From NCBI GenBank assembly GCA_963708295.1, contig CAVPSJ010000013.1, positions 128,001 through 192,000 on the forward strand: a stretch of DNA of 64,000 nt, given 5' to 3'. A program made the translations under genes and the position numbers. The stretch comes from an uncultured delta proteobacterium. Lineage in GTDB: Bacteria; Desulfobacterota; BSN033; UBA1163. Below, one piece after another: positions 40,939-49,984 of this stretch. A model generated the notes under the pieces. That model was not told the DNA's origin. It was given only the letters and a program-made list of their open reading frames with translations, and ran no database searches. Position 1 is the first letter of the stretch. Each line of letters opens with the position of its first letter.

Positions 40939-41561
40939 TTGTCGCCCCCTTTTCCGTGCGTCACAATCTCATCGAGCTTCGCGATATCCTCGTCGGTGAC
41001 GTGCACCGTCGCCTTCAGCTTCTCGACGTCGACCTCCTCGACGTCCTGGATGCGCGAGGGCCACTTGCCGGCCTTGAGGCACAGGACACAGCGGACGATC
41101 TCGACGAAGCCCTGCACGAGGATGAACGCCCCGGCAATGGGGATGATCGTCTTGAAGTGGTAGAGCGGGGGACCGTCGGCGGTGATGCTCGAATGCTCGA
41201 AGATCCTCCAGGAGTCGCCGGCATAGTAGTAGCCGGCCCAGCAGAGGGCGGTCACCCCGGGGAGGAAGAAGAGGATGTAGAGCGTCAGGTCGAGGGCGGC
41301 CTGCACACGCGGCGGGAAGAAACCGTAGAGGACGTCGCCGCGGACCATGCCGTTCTTCGAGAGGGTGTAGGCGCCCGCCATCATGAACAGGATCCCGTAC
41401 ATCTGGAGCATGATATCGAAGGCCCAGGAGTGCGGTGCATCGACGGCGTAGCGGGCGTACACCTCGTAGGTGATCAGAAAGGTGAGCCCCACGATGAGCC
41501 AGGAAAACGCCTGGCCGGCAAACGTGCTGATCTTGTCAATGGTGAGCAGTAGTTTCTGCAT
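40935..41561 (-). CDS. dctQ: TRAP transporter small permease
   Basis: Four TM helices, 'YEVYARY' and 'MVRGDVLY'. Coupled to dctM (ATGA overlap). Confidence 0.88.
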   Translation of the reverse strand: MQKLLLTIDKISTFAGQAFSWLIVGLTFLITYEVYARYAVDAPHSWAFDIMLQMYGILFMMAGAYTLSKNGMVRGDVLYGFFPPRVQAALDLTLYILFFLPGVTALCWAGYYYAGDSWRIFEHSSITADGPPLYHFKTIIPIAGAFILVQGFVEIVRCVLCLKAGKWPSRIQDVEEVDVEKLKATVHVTDEDIAKLDEIVTHGKGGDK

Positions 41562-41581
41562 ATTCGATCCTTTTTAGAAAA

Positions 41582-41616
41582 CAGCCACCCGGACGCGGAC
41601 AGCGCCCGGATGGCTG
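41582..41616 (-). terminator. Stem-loop between dctP and dctQ
   Basis: CAGCCATCCGGGCGC-TGTCC-GCGTCCGGGTGGCTG followed by TTTC on the minus strand. Confidence 0.55.
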
Positions 41617-41638
41617 ATCGATCATGGTGTGAAACCTC

Positions 41639-42796
41639 TCAGCCTTTCTTCGCGGGCCGGAGCCTTCTTGGCGCCGAAATAATGGTTATAGGCCATTCGC
41701 CGGTTGACGTTGGTATCCATGTCCCAGGCCACCGTGCGCTTGGCGAACGCGATTTGCGATTCGATGATCTCCTTGAACAGTGGGTTATCCGCCGACTTCT
41801 TCGCCACGACCTGGTCATAGACTTCGAGCTCCCTTTTCAGGATCGCGTCCGGGGTCTTGTAGAACTTGACCTTGTCCTTCGGTCTGCAGCTCAGATGTAG
41901 TCCTTCGAGTAGCGGTCAATCGACTTCCAGGACATGTCGGCAGAGGCGGCCTCTACACCGTTTTCGATGATCGCCTTCAGCTTGGCGGGCAGGGCGTCGT
42001 ACTTGGGCTTGTTGAACAGAATCTCGAACTGCTCGGCGTTCTGGTGGAAGCTCTGCAGCATGCACACCTTGGAGACGTCGGCGAAGCCGAGCAGCCGGTC
42101 GGAGGAGGCGTTGTTGAACTCCGCCCCGTCGAGGAGGCCGCGGTCCATGGCCGGGACGATCTCGCCGCCGGGCAGCGCATTTACCGCCGCGCCCAAGGCG
42201 GTGTAGACGTCAACGGAGAGCCCCACGGTACGGAACTTCATACCCTTCATGTCCTCCAGCTTTGTGATCGGCTTTTTGAACCAGCCGAACGGCTGCGTAA
42301 ACATCGGCCCGTAGGGGAAAGAGACGACGTTGGCGCCGATGGACGCGTAGAGCTTCGCCAGCAGCTCCTTGCCGCCGCCGTACTTGTGCCAGGAGAGCAG
42401 CATGTTGGCGTCCATGCCGTAGCCGGGACCCGACCCCCACAGCGCCAGCGCGTTCTGCTTGCCGTAGTGGTAGACGATGACGCCGTGGGCGCCGTCGAGC
42501 GTTCCCTTGGAGACCGCGTCCAGCACGCCGAAGGCCGGCACCACGGCACCCGCCGGAAGCACTTCGATCTTCAGATCGCCGCCGGTCATGTCATTGATCT
42601 TCTTGGCGAAGTCAAGGGCGAACTCGTGGAAAATGTCCTTGGTCGGCCAGGTGGACTGCCAGCGCATCGAAATCGGCCCCTGCGCCTTGGCGATCATCGG
42701 GAAGCCCAGCGCCGCGGCCCCGGCGGTCACTGCGGCAGCGCCTGCGAGGAACTTGCGTCGTGAAACCTGTTTCTCTTTCGTCTTCTCTTGTTTCAT
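41639..42796 (-). CDS. dctP: TRAP substrate-binding protein (TakP / alpha-keto-acid type, Tat signal), frameshifted near the 3' end
   Basis: SRRKFL Tat motif, 'WQSTWP', 'LPAGAVVPAF' and 'LPGGEIVPA'. Single-base insertions at about 41893, 41881 and 41655 interrupt the C-terminus 'ELQTKDKVKFYKTPD..NPLFKEI'. Confidence 0.85.
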
Positions 42797-43457
42797 TTTC
42801 TCCTCCTTCTAACTTTATTTTGGAAAAAGTAAAGTCAAAGTTCGCCTCTCTCTTTCAAAAAAGCCTACCGTCAACAAAAGCATGTTAGAAAATTCAATAA
42901 ACCTTTAATAAATACCAAGCTTCTTTCCGCTTCCCTCTTACCTAAGAACTCACCTCCCTCCCTCTCCGGTTAGATCTTATCTTACCTACCCCAATGAATC
43001 CGATATATAGGATATACTTTATCCTGTTTCAAGGGGTCTAACTATTATCCTCTCACACACAAATCCAGATCTAGAAACCGAAGCCGTTTTCCCGATCGGT
43101 CATTTCAATCACAGTTTTTCTGATGATATTTTGTTACGTAGCTCGACCGGATAAGCTGCCTTCGATGGGGTTTTTTGTATTTATGCAGATTTAAAATTAG
43201 ACTGACCGCTTTCTTTTTGTCAACCAAAGAATGATAGCCGAAATTCATAGCATTGTAGTCAATTTTTGTCAAGAAAAAAACAGAGTGTGTCATTGAAACT
43301 TGGTCCCAGGGACCCCATGTCGTCCTGAACCGCGGTGACAAAAGACGGATTGTCATTGAGTTTTCCCGGGCTTCATGCGTTCTGCCGTAACCTTAGGTCC
43401 GCGTCACGGTACGAATTCCCGCATCTTTTCCAGGACCAAACGATTTGCAGTTTGGTA

Positions 43458-43510
43458 TTATTGTCTTACCATTTATTCTTATTGACAACCGCCGGTCTGT
43501 TTGTTATTTT
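43458..43510 (+). promoter_or_regulatory. Sigma70 promoter of the CoA-ligase/lyase/mutase operon with an adjacent FadR-type operator
   Basis: TTGACA (43482) - N17 - TATTTT with extended TG. TATTGTCTTACCATTT lies at 43459-43474. Confidence 0.6.
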
Positions 43511-43604
43511 AGGAAAGTTCGATCGGGCATGGAGCAAGAGATAGAATCGCCCTTGTGAAACGGAGTTCGGTTATAGCAGGAGAAAAGCACCGCAGGAGGT
43601 CTGT

Positions 43605-44867
43605 ATGGCTCGACTATTCGAATACCAGGGAAAACAGTTGCTTAAAGCATTCAAAGTCCCCATTCCCCAGGGTGAGGTAGCAACGACTCCCCAGGAAGCC
43701 AAGAAGATCGCCGAGAAGATTGGCAAGCCCGTTGCCATCAAATCACAGGTCTGGGCAGGAGGAAGAGGAAAGGCAGGGGGTATTAAATTCGCTGAACACG
43801 CCATCGATGCCGAGATTGTCGCGAACCAGATCCTGGGATCGGAGATTAAAAAACTGAAGGTAGAAAAGGTACTCGTCGAGGAGAAACTGGACATCGACAA
43901 GGAATATTATATCGGTGTCATCGTTGATTCTTCGAGGGAAGTCCGCGCCCCCATCATTATGTTCAGCACGGAAGGGGGAATGGATATCGAATCGGTCCCT
44001 TCGGAAAAGATCGCTACGATGACGGTAGACGTCCTCCGGGGGGTTCGGCTCTATGATGCCCTTAACCTTGCCCTCAAACTGAAGGTCCCGACGGCACATC
44101 TTCCGGGTGTGGCCCAGGCGATCTCAGGCCTGTTCAAAACGTTCAAGGAATATAACTGCAGGACCGCCGAGATCAATCCCCTGATCGTCACCAAGGACGG
44201 GAAAGTCCTTGCCGGAGATTGCCGGATAGCGATTGACGACTCTTCCGTCTTTCGTCATCCCGAGCTCGGCATCGAAGTTGCCCGGGAGGCTGCGACTCCG
44301 CCCACGGAGCTCGATAAGATCGCCTGGCAGATCGAAGAAGGAGACCTCCGGGGGACCTGCTACATCGCTCAGATGGTGACAGAGATAAAGGGGCTCAACT
44401 ACGTAGGTTACCACGGGATGGGTGGTGGTGGGGCCATTCTGGGGGTGGATGGCTTGAACCGCGTGGGGCTTAAGATTCCCAACTACGCCGACACGAGCGG
44501 GAACCCGACGGCGGCCAAGGTCTATCGGGCAGCGAAGGTCATCTTTTCGCAACCCGGCATCGAGGGCTATATGCTCGGCGGATTCATGTACGCAAACCAG
44601 GAACAGTGGCACCATGCCCATGGCGTCGTGAAGGCCCTCCGGGAGGAACTCCCCAAGAGACCTGGATTTCCCTGCGTGCTCCTGATCTGTGGCAACAAGG
44701 AGAAGGAGGCCCTTGAGATTTTACGAGAGGGGACGAAAGATCTGCCCGGACGGATCGAGATCTACGGAGGGGACAAGGTATATGAGACCCAGTTTTTGGC
44801 CGAGAGGATGAAGGCTCTCATTTTAGAATACCGGAAGGAAAGAGGGATAACCGAAGAGAATTCCTAA
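43605..44867 (+). CDS. sucC: SucC-like ADP-forming acyl-CoA synthetase beta subunit (divergent; malate/citrate thiokinase type)
   Basis: 'LFEYQGK', 'KSQVWAGGRGKAGG', 'EGGMDIE' and 'EINPL'. Substrate loops are divergent (GMGGGG in place of NGAGL). Confidence 0.82.
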   Translation: MARLFEYQGKQLLKAFKVPIPQGEVATTPQEAKKIAEKIGKPVAIKSQVWAGGRGKAGGIKFAEHAIDAEIVANQILGSEIKKLKVEKVLVEEKLDIDKEYYIGVIVDSSREVRAPIIMFSTEGGMDIESVPSEKIATMTVDVLRGVRLYDALNLALKLKVPTAHLPGVAQAISGLFKTFKEYNCRTAEINPLIVTKDGKVLAGDCRIAIDDSSVFRHPELGIEVAREAATPPTELDKIAWQIEEGDLRGTCYIAQMVTEIKGLNYVGYHGMGGGGAILGVDGLNRVGLKIPNYADTSGNPTAAKVYRAAKVIFSQPGIEGYMLGGFMYANQEQWHHAHGVVKALREELPKRPGFPCVLLICGNKEKEALEILREGTKDLPGRIEIYGGDKVYETQFLAERMKALILEYRKERGITEENS

Positions 44868-45020
44868 ATCCGAAGCACGAAATCCGAAATTCGAAGCAAT
44901 TTCGAATGATCAAAATTCAAAACAAATGAATGAAAAAAGTTGCGGAGATTAGGTCATTCGGATTTTGAATTTGTTTCGGATTGGTCCGAGACGGACGCTC
45001 CGCCCGATATTCGAATTTTA
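44865..45020. repeat. 7-nt periodic imperfect inverted repeat (AAATCCG family)
   Basis: aaatccg aagcacg aaatccg aaattcg ... cggattt tgaattt gtttcgg .. cgatatt cgaattt. Confidence 0.7.
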
Positions 45021-45094
45021 GAAGCTTTACCGCTTCATGTACAATTTGATACGCAAGCGATTGATATTGTCCAGGGTCAGGGAGGCGTAAAATT

Positions 45095-45379
45095 ATGCAT
45101 TTTGAAGAACAAACGATCAAAGTGAATATCGATGAGAGCAAATGCGTCGGCTGTAAAACCCACGCCTGTGCGGCGGGGTGCAAGCTCTTCGACCGGGGAA
45201 TCCTGGTCATCAAAGACGGTAAACCGGCCCTTGCAGGAGACGCGGCCTTCGCCCGTCGGGTAGGGACGGAGTGCCTCGCATGCGAGTATGAATGCTGGTT
45301 CAGGGGAAACAAGGCGATTACGATCGAAGCGCCGGTTCCCGGGTTGGATGAATATCGAAAAAAACATGGCGTGGTCTGA
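45095..45379 (+). CDS. Small ferredoxin-like Fe-S protein
   Basis: CVGC...CAAGC and CLACEYEC motifs; GGAGG RBS. Confidence 0.75.
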   Translation: MHFEEQTIKVNIDESKCVGCKTHACAAGCKLFDRGILVIKDGKPALAGDAAFARRVGTECLACEYECWFRGNKAITIEAPVPGLDEYRKKHGVV

Positions 45380-45527
45380 TTTCGGATTGTAAATGGCAGA
45401 TTGCGGATTGAAAAAATCTGAAACCTTACCTAAAGAAATTGAAATTCGATGAACCTGTCATCCTGAACTCGTTTCAGGATCTCAAAAGATAATTCTCAGA
45501 TCTGAAATCAGATTTGGAGGGGACGAA

Positions 45528-46424
45528 ATGGCTATTTTGCTGAAGAAAGATACGAAGGTCTTAGTTCAGGGGATCACAGGGAGGGAAGGCTCGGCGCGGG
45601 CTGCATTCATGAAAGGTTATGGGACCAACGTGGTGGCCGGCGTCACACCGGGGCGCGGTGGAGAAGAGGTAGGCGGGACTCCTGTTTACAATACCATACA
45701 AGAAGCTGTGAAGGCCCATGGTAACTTCGATTTGAGCGTCACCTTCATCCCCGGGCCAAGCCTCAAGGACGCGGTTCTCGAAGCCCTGGATGCAGATATC
45801 AAGTTTCTTGTTATGCCGGTGGAAAGGGTTCCTCTCTACGACATCCTGGAGATGATGGCCCACGGAAAACAGAAGGGGGCGCGCTTGCTGGGTCCGGGAT
45901 CCATCGGGATCATCAGCCCCGGAATTGCGGCAGCAGGCTGGCTGGGAGGATCTCCGGACTTTGCAAAAAGGGTCTTTGTCCCCGGACACGTCGGGGTGAT
46001 TTCCAGGAGCGGGGGACAGTCTGCAACGGTTCCGTACACGATTAAGGAAGCGGGCCTTGGGATGACCACCGTCGTTCATGTTGGAACAGAGCCCGTGGTG
46101 GGGCAGTCTTTCGCAGACATCTTACCCCTCTTCCAGGCTGACGAGGAAACCCATGCCGTTGCCATCTTCGGTGAGATTGGTGGAACGAATGAGGAAGAGG
46201 CAGCGGAGGCGGTGAGGCGTAAAGAGTTCACCAAGCCTCTGGTGATTTATGTTGCCGGAGCATGGGCTCCGGAAGGAATGCGGTTTTCCCATGCCAGCAG
46301 TATCGTCGAGCGAGGCAAAGGGTCCGCGAAGGATAAGGTGAAGAACCTGAAGGATGCAGGGATCCATGTGGTGGACCGACCCGATGAAATCGCGCCCACC
46401 CTGAAACGGCTGCTACGCGTTTAA
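45528..46424 (+). CDS. sucD: SucD-like acyl-CoA synthetase alpha subunit
   Basis: VQGITG, GVTPGRGG, SRSGG, GEIGG..EE and the phospho-His in 'RFSHAS'. Confidence 0.85.
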   Translation: MAILLKKDTKVLVQGITGREGSARAAFMKGYGTNVVAGVTPGRGGEEVGGTPVYNTIQEAVKAHGNFDLSVTFIPGPSLKDAVLEALDADIKFLVMPVERVPLYDILEMMAHGKQKGARLLGPGSIGIISPGIAAAGWLGGSPDFAKRVFVPGHVGVISRSGGQSATVPYTIKEAGLGMTTVVHVGTEPVVGQSFADILPLFQADEETHAVAIFGEIGGTNEEEAAEAVRRKEFTKPLVIYVAGAWAPEGMRFSHASSIVERGKGSAKDKVKNLKDAGIHVVDRPDEIAPTLKRLLRV

Positions 46425-46472
46425 TTGACCCAATAACTCAATAACTCATTAACTCAATATAGGAGGTGCATT

Positions 46473-47370
46473 ATGACTGTCATGAGATCCGTTTTTTACA
46501 TTCCGGGAAATAATGAGAAGATGATTTCCAAGGCTCCTGAAACTCCGGCCGACATTATCACCTTGGACCTGGAGGATTCTGTCCCCCCGGCTGAGAAAGC
46601 AAAGGCCCGCGATATGGTCAAGGAAAACTTGAAATTTGCAGGATCCGGCGGATCAACGATTTATGTCCGGATCAACAACTGGGAGACTTTGATGACCAAT
46701 GACGATCTCGAAGCGATTGTCCACCCAGGCCTCTCAGGAGTTTGCCTGGCTAAGTGCGGTGGCGCGGATCATGTCCAGCGTCTCGACTGGAAATTGGAGG
46801 AACTGGAGCGAAGAAGAGGATTGAAGGTGGGGAGTGTTGCCATTCAGCTTCTTATCGAGACAGCCAAAGGGGTTATCAACGCCTATCCTTCAGCCATCGC
46901 CAGCAAGCGGGTCAATTCTCTCATCTTTGGCGCAGTGGATTACACGAAAGATATGAGAGTGAAACTGACGACCGAGGGAGATGAGCAATTGTATGCCCGG
47001 GCGCATAATGCGGTCGCTGCCAGGGCTGCGGGCTGCATTGCCATTGACTGCCCCTTTGTGGCCTTTAAGGATGCAGAAGCCTTTGAGAAGAACACGCGCT
47101 TTGGGCGTCAGCTGGGTTATGAAGGAAGAATGCTTATTCACCCAAGCCAAATCGAGCCCTCTCATAAAATCTATACGCCATCCCCGGAAGATGTCGAATG
47201 GGCAAAGGGTGTGGTAAAGGTTTTTGAGGAAGAGGGGATCGCGAAGGGCGCTGCAGCCGTTTCCTATATGGGGAAGATGGTAGATACACCGGTTTATGAT
47301 AATGCCAGGACGATCCTTGCAACCATCGCAAGAAATCTCTGCCTTTGATGCAAAGCGAAAGAAGGGATAG
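46473..47370 (+). CDS. citE: CitE / malyl-CoA lyase family CoA-ester lyase
   Basis: 'RSVFYIPG', 'DLEDSV', 'VRIN', 'IETAKG', 'FGAVDY', 'IHPSQ' and 'GKMVDTP'. As sequenced it stops at 47348; one extra base at about 47326 probably hides the end at 47370. Confidence 0.85.
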
Positions 47371-47484
47371 AGTCAGCTTGCTTCCAAAAAGTACAATGAC
47401 ATAATGGAGGGCTTGACAATCCCCCCTCGCCCCCCTTCATTAAAAAGGGGGGTTGGGGGGATTTTTTTTTGAGGAATTTGTGCC

Positions 47485-48399
47485 ATGAGGATTGCCATCG
47501 TTGGACAAGGTCCTTTTGGGGAGAAAGTGTTGCAGGCCTTGATCCAAAAAGGACAGAACATCGTCGGGACCTTTTGTCCTCCGGATAAAAGGGGTGAAGG
47601 AATGAAGGTCTTGGCTGAAAAATCAAGCATTCCCTCCTTTCGCCCGGGTTTAATGAAGGAGCCTCAGGTTTATGAGGCTTACTCAACATTGAAGCCAGAT
47701 CTTGCCATCCTGGCATTTGTGACTGATATCATTCCTGAAAAGTTGCTCGCGGTCCCATCTCTTGGAACGATTTGTTATCATCCTTCTATTCTACCCAGAC
47801 ACCGTGGGGCCAGCGCGATTAATTGGGCTCTTATTCAGGGCGATACCCGGACGGGATTGACCATTTTCTGGGTTGACAAAGGAATTGACACCGGTCCCAT
47901 CCTGCTTCAAAAAGAAGTTGAAATTAAGCCCGAGGATACGACAGGCTCAGTGTATTTCAACAAGCTCTTCCCTATGGGAGTGGATGCGATGGTGGAGGCT
48001 GTCGAATTGATCGAAAAAGGAAAGGCTCCGAGGATCCCGCAGGATGATTCCAAAGCGACTTACGAGCCTCCGTGTGATGATCGAGTAGCCTCCGTGAACT
48101 TTGAAAAATCAGTCAACGACGTTTACAATTTAATCAGGGGCTGCGACCCTCAACCCGGGGCTTATACGACTTATCAAGGGAAAAGAGTGAGATTTTATGA
48201 GGCAAAGATGTCGCCCTCGGCCATTCACAAGCAACCCGGCGAGATCATCTCAGTCGAGGAAGGAAGCGTTCAAATCGCTGTAAAAGACGGAATGATACAG
48301 GTTGGCAAACTCAGAGTGGACAAGGGGGAAAAGACAGGACCCGCTGAATTTGCCAAATCAATCGGTATGAAGGTCGGAGATCGATTTGGAAATAGGTAA
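47485..48399 (+). CDS. Formyltransferase family protein (Fmt-like; closest in pattern to the ALDH1L1 N-terminal 10-formyl-THF domain)
   Basis: 'GQ..FG', 'YHPSILPRHRGASAINW', 'TIFWVDKGIDTG', 'LFPMG' and 'GKAPRIPQ..ATYE'. Confidence 0.82.
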   Translation: MRIAIVGQGPFGEKVLQALIQKGQNIVGTFCPPDKRGEGMKVLAEKSSIPSFRPGLMKEPQVYEAYSTLKPDLAILAFVTDIIPEKLLAVPSLGTICYHPSILPRHRGASAINWALIQGDTRTGLTIFWVDKGIDTGPILLQKEVEIKPEDTTGSVYFNKLFPMGVDAMVEAVELIEKGKAPRIPQDDSKATYEPPCDDRVASVNFEKSVNDVYNLIRGCDPQPGAYTTYQGKRVRFYEAKMSPSAIHKQPGEIISVEEGSVQIAVKDGMIQVGKLRVDKGEKTGPAEFAKSIGMKVGDRFGNR

Positions 48400-48401
48400 C
48401 A

Positions 48402-48479
48402 ACTGGAGTATTGGAGTGATGGAGTATTGGGTCTAAGATTTTTCTCATTATTCCATTACTCCAGTACTCCATTGCTCCA
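48402..48479. repeat. 8-nt periodic inverted repeat (TGGAGTAT / TACTCCA)
   Basis: tggagtat tggagtga tggagtat ... attccat tactccag tactccat tgctcca. Confidence 0.7.
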
Positions 48480-48501
48480 TTTTTTATGGAGGGGAGGACC
48501 C

Positions 48502-49881
48502 ATGGAACGAGAAAAGTTGATTGAAGAAATGGCGAAGGTTGTGGGGAAAGAGAATGTCCTATCGTCAGAGACGGACCTGTTGCTCTATGGTTACGATGCC
48601 TCTCTCTTTCGAGGAAAACCCGATTGCATCGTCCTTCCCGGTTCGACAGAAGAAGTTTCCAAGATCGTCAGGTTCGCCCACGAAGCAGGGGTTCATGTGG
48701 TGGGCAGAGGGTCCGGAACGAACTTGAGTGGAGGGACGATTTTGACGAAGGGCGGAATCGTCATTCATTTTTCCAGGATGAACAGAATCTTAGAGATCGA
48801 CATTGAAAATCAGAGGGCCGTCGTGCAACCCGCCGTCTTTACACTCGCTTTGAAAAACGCCCTGGTCCGTTACGGATATGTCTATCAACCGGACCCGGCC
48901 AGTGAAAAGGTGTCCACTTTCGGCGGAAATTTTGGAGAAAATTCAGGTGGGCCTCACTGTCTCAAATATGGAGTGACGACCAATCATATTCTGGGGGCTG
49001 AAGTGGTCTTGTATAACGGTGAAGTGATCCAGGTGGGAGGTAAGGCATTGGACAATCCGGGATACGATTTGACGGGAATCCTGGTAGGTTCGGAAGGCAC
49101 CCTCGGAATCGCTACGAAGTTGATCCTCCGGATCATGCCGAAACCAGAAGCCGTAAAGACCATGCTGGCCATCTACAATTCTCTTGAGGACGCAGGAAGA
49201 ACAGTCTCGGCCATTATCGGCGATGGCATCGTCCCTGCCACTCTGGAGATGCTGGACAGATTAACCATCAAAGCGGTCGAGGAGTCCATCCATGCGGGGT
49301 TTCCACTGGATGCCGAGGCGGTCCTGATCATCGAGCTCGACGGGCTGAAGGATGGGATGGAGAGGCTGGCTGAAAGGATCATGGAGATCTGCAGGAAATA
49401 TCATGTCCGGGAGGTCAAGGCCGCAAAGAATGAGGCCGAGAGAACCCAGCTCTGGGCAGGCAGGAAAGGAGCCTTTGGGGCGGTTGCCAGGCTTCGGCCG
49501 AACTATCTCGTCTGTGACGGAACCGTTCCCAGAACAAAACTTCCCGAAGTTTTGACCAAAGTGATGGAGGTCGGCAAGAAGTACAACCTTTCCATCGCAA
49601 ACGTATTCCATGCAGGAGACGGAAACCTTCATCCTCTTATCCTCTTTGATGAAAGAGATGAAGAGGAGTTGAAGAAGGTTCATTCAGCGGGCTCGGAAAT
49701 CATGAAGCTGTGTGCCGACGCGGGCGGGACGATCAGCGGCGAGCATGGTATTGGTACAGAGAAGAAGAAGGAGATGCTTTTCGTCTTTACGCCTCGTGAC
49801 ATCAGCGCCATGAAAAAGGTGAAGATGGCCTTCGATCCTGAGGACGTTTACAATCCGGGAAAGGTTTTACCGGAGGTCTAG
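48502..49881 (+). CDS. glcD: Glycolate oxidase/dehydrogenase subunit GlcD
   Basis: RGSGTNLSGG, PDPAS, 'ENSGGPHCLKYGVTTNH', 'DGTVPR', FHAGDGNLHP and GEHGIG. GGAGG RBS before ATG 48502. Confidence 0.92.
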   Translation: MEREKLIEEMAKVVGKENVLSSETDLLLYGYDASLFRGKPDCIVLPGSTEEVSKIVRFAHEAGVHVVGRGSGTNLSGGTILTKGGIVIHFSRMNRILEIDIENQRAVVQPAVFTLALKNALVRYGYVYQPDPASEKVSTFGGNFGENSGGPHCLKYGVTTNHILGAEVVLYNGEVIQVGGKALDNPGYDLTGILVGSEGTLGIATKLILRIMPKPEAVKTMLAIYNSLEDAGRTVSAIIGDGIVPATLEMLDRLTIKAVEESIHAGFPLDAEAVLIIELDGLKDGMERLAERIMEICRKYHVREVKAAKNEAERTQLWAGRKGAFGAVARLRPNYLVCDGTVPRTKLPEVLTKVMEVGKKYNLSIANVFHAGDGNLHPLILFDERDEEELKKVHSAGSEIMKLCADAGGTISGEHGIGTEKKKEMLFVFTPRDISAMKKVKMAFDPEDVYNPGKVLPEV

Positions 49882-49984
49882 GAACAAGATCCCCCTAAAT
49901 CCACATTTACGAAAGGGAGAAATTATCTTTTCCCTCCCTTTTGTTAAGAGAGGTCTGGAGGAATTACGCGTAAGGAGACTTTTT

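Noticed and set aside
41891-41893. TGA in dctP as possible selenocysteine or readthrough
   Set aside because: The downstream homology is in another frame, so it is an indel and not recoding.
39123-42812. Long overlapping ORFs on the opposite strand or in alternate frames (e.g. 39123-40073, 39794-40855, 42044-42763)
   Set aside because: Shadow ORFs of GC-rich TRAP genes; no motifs or RBS.
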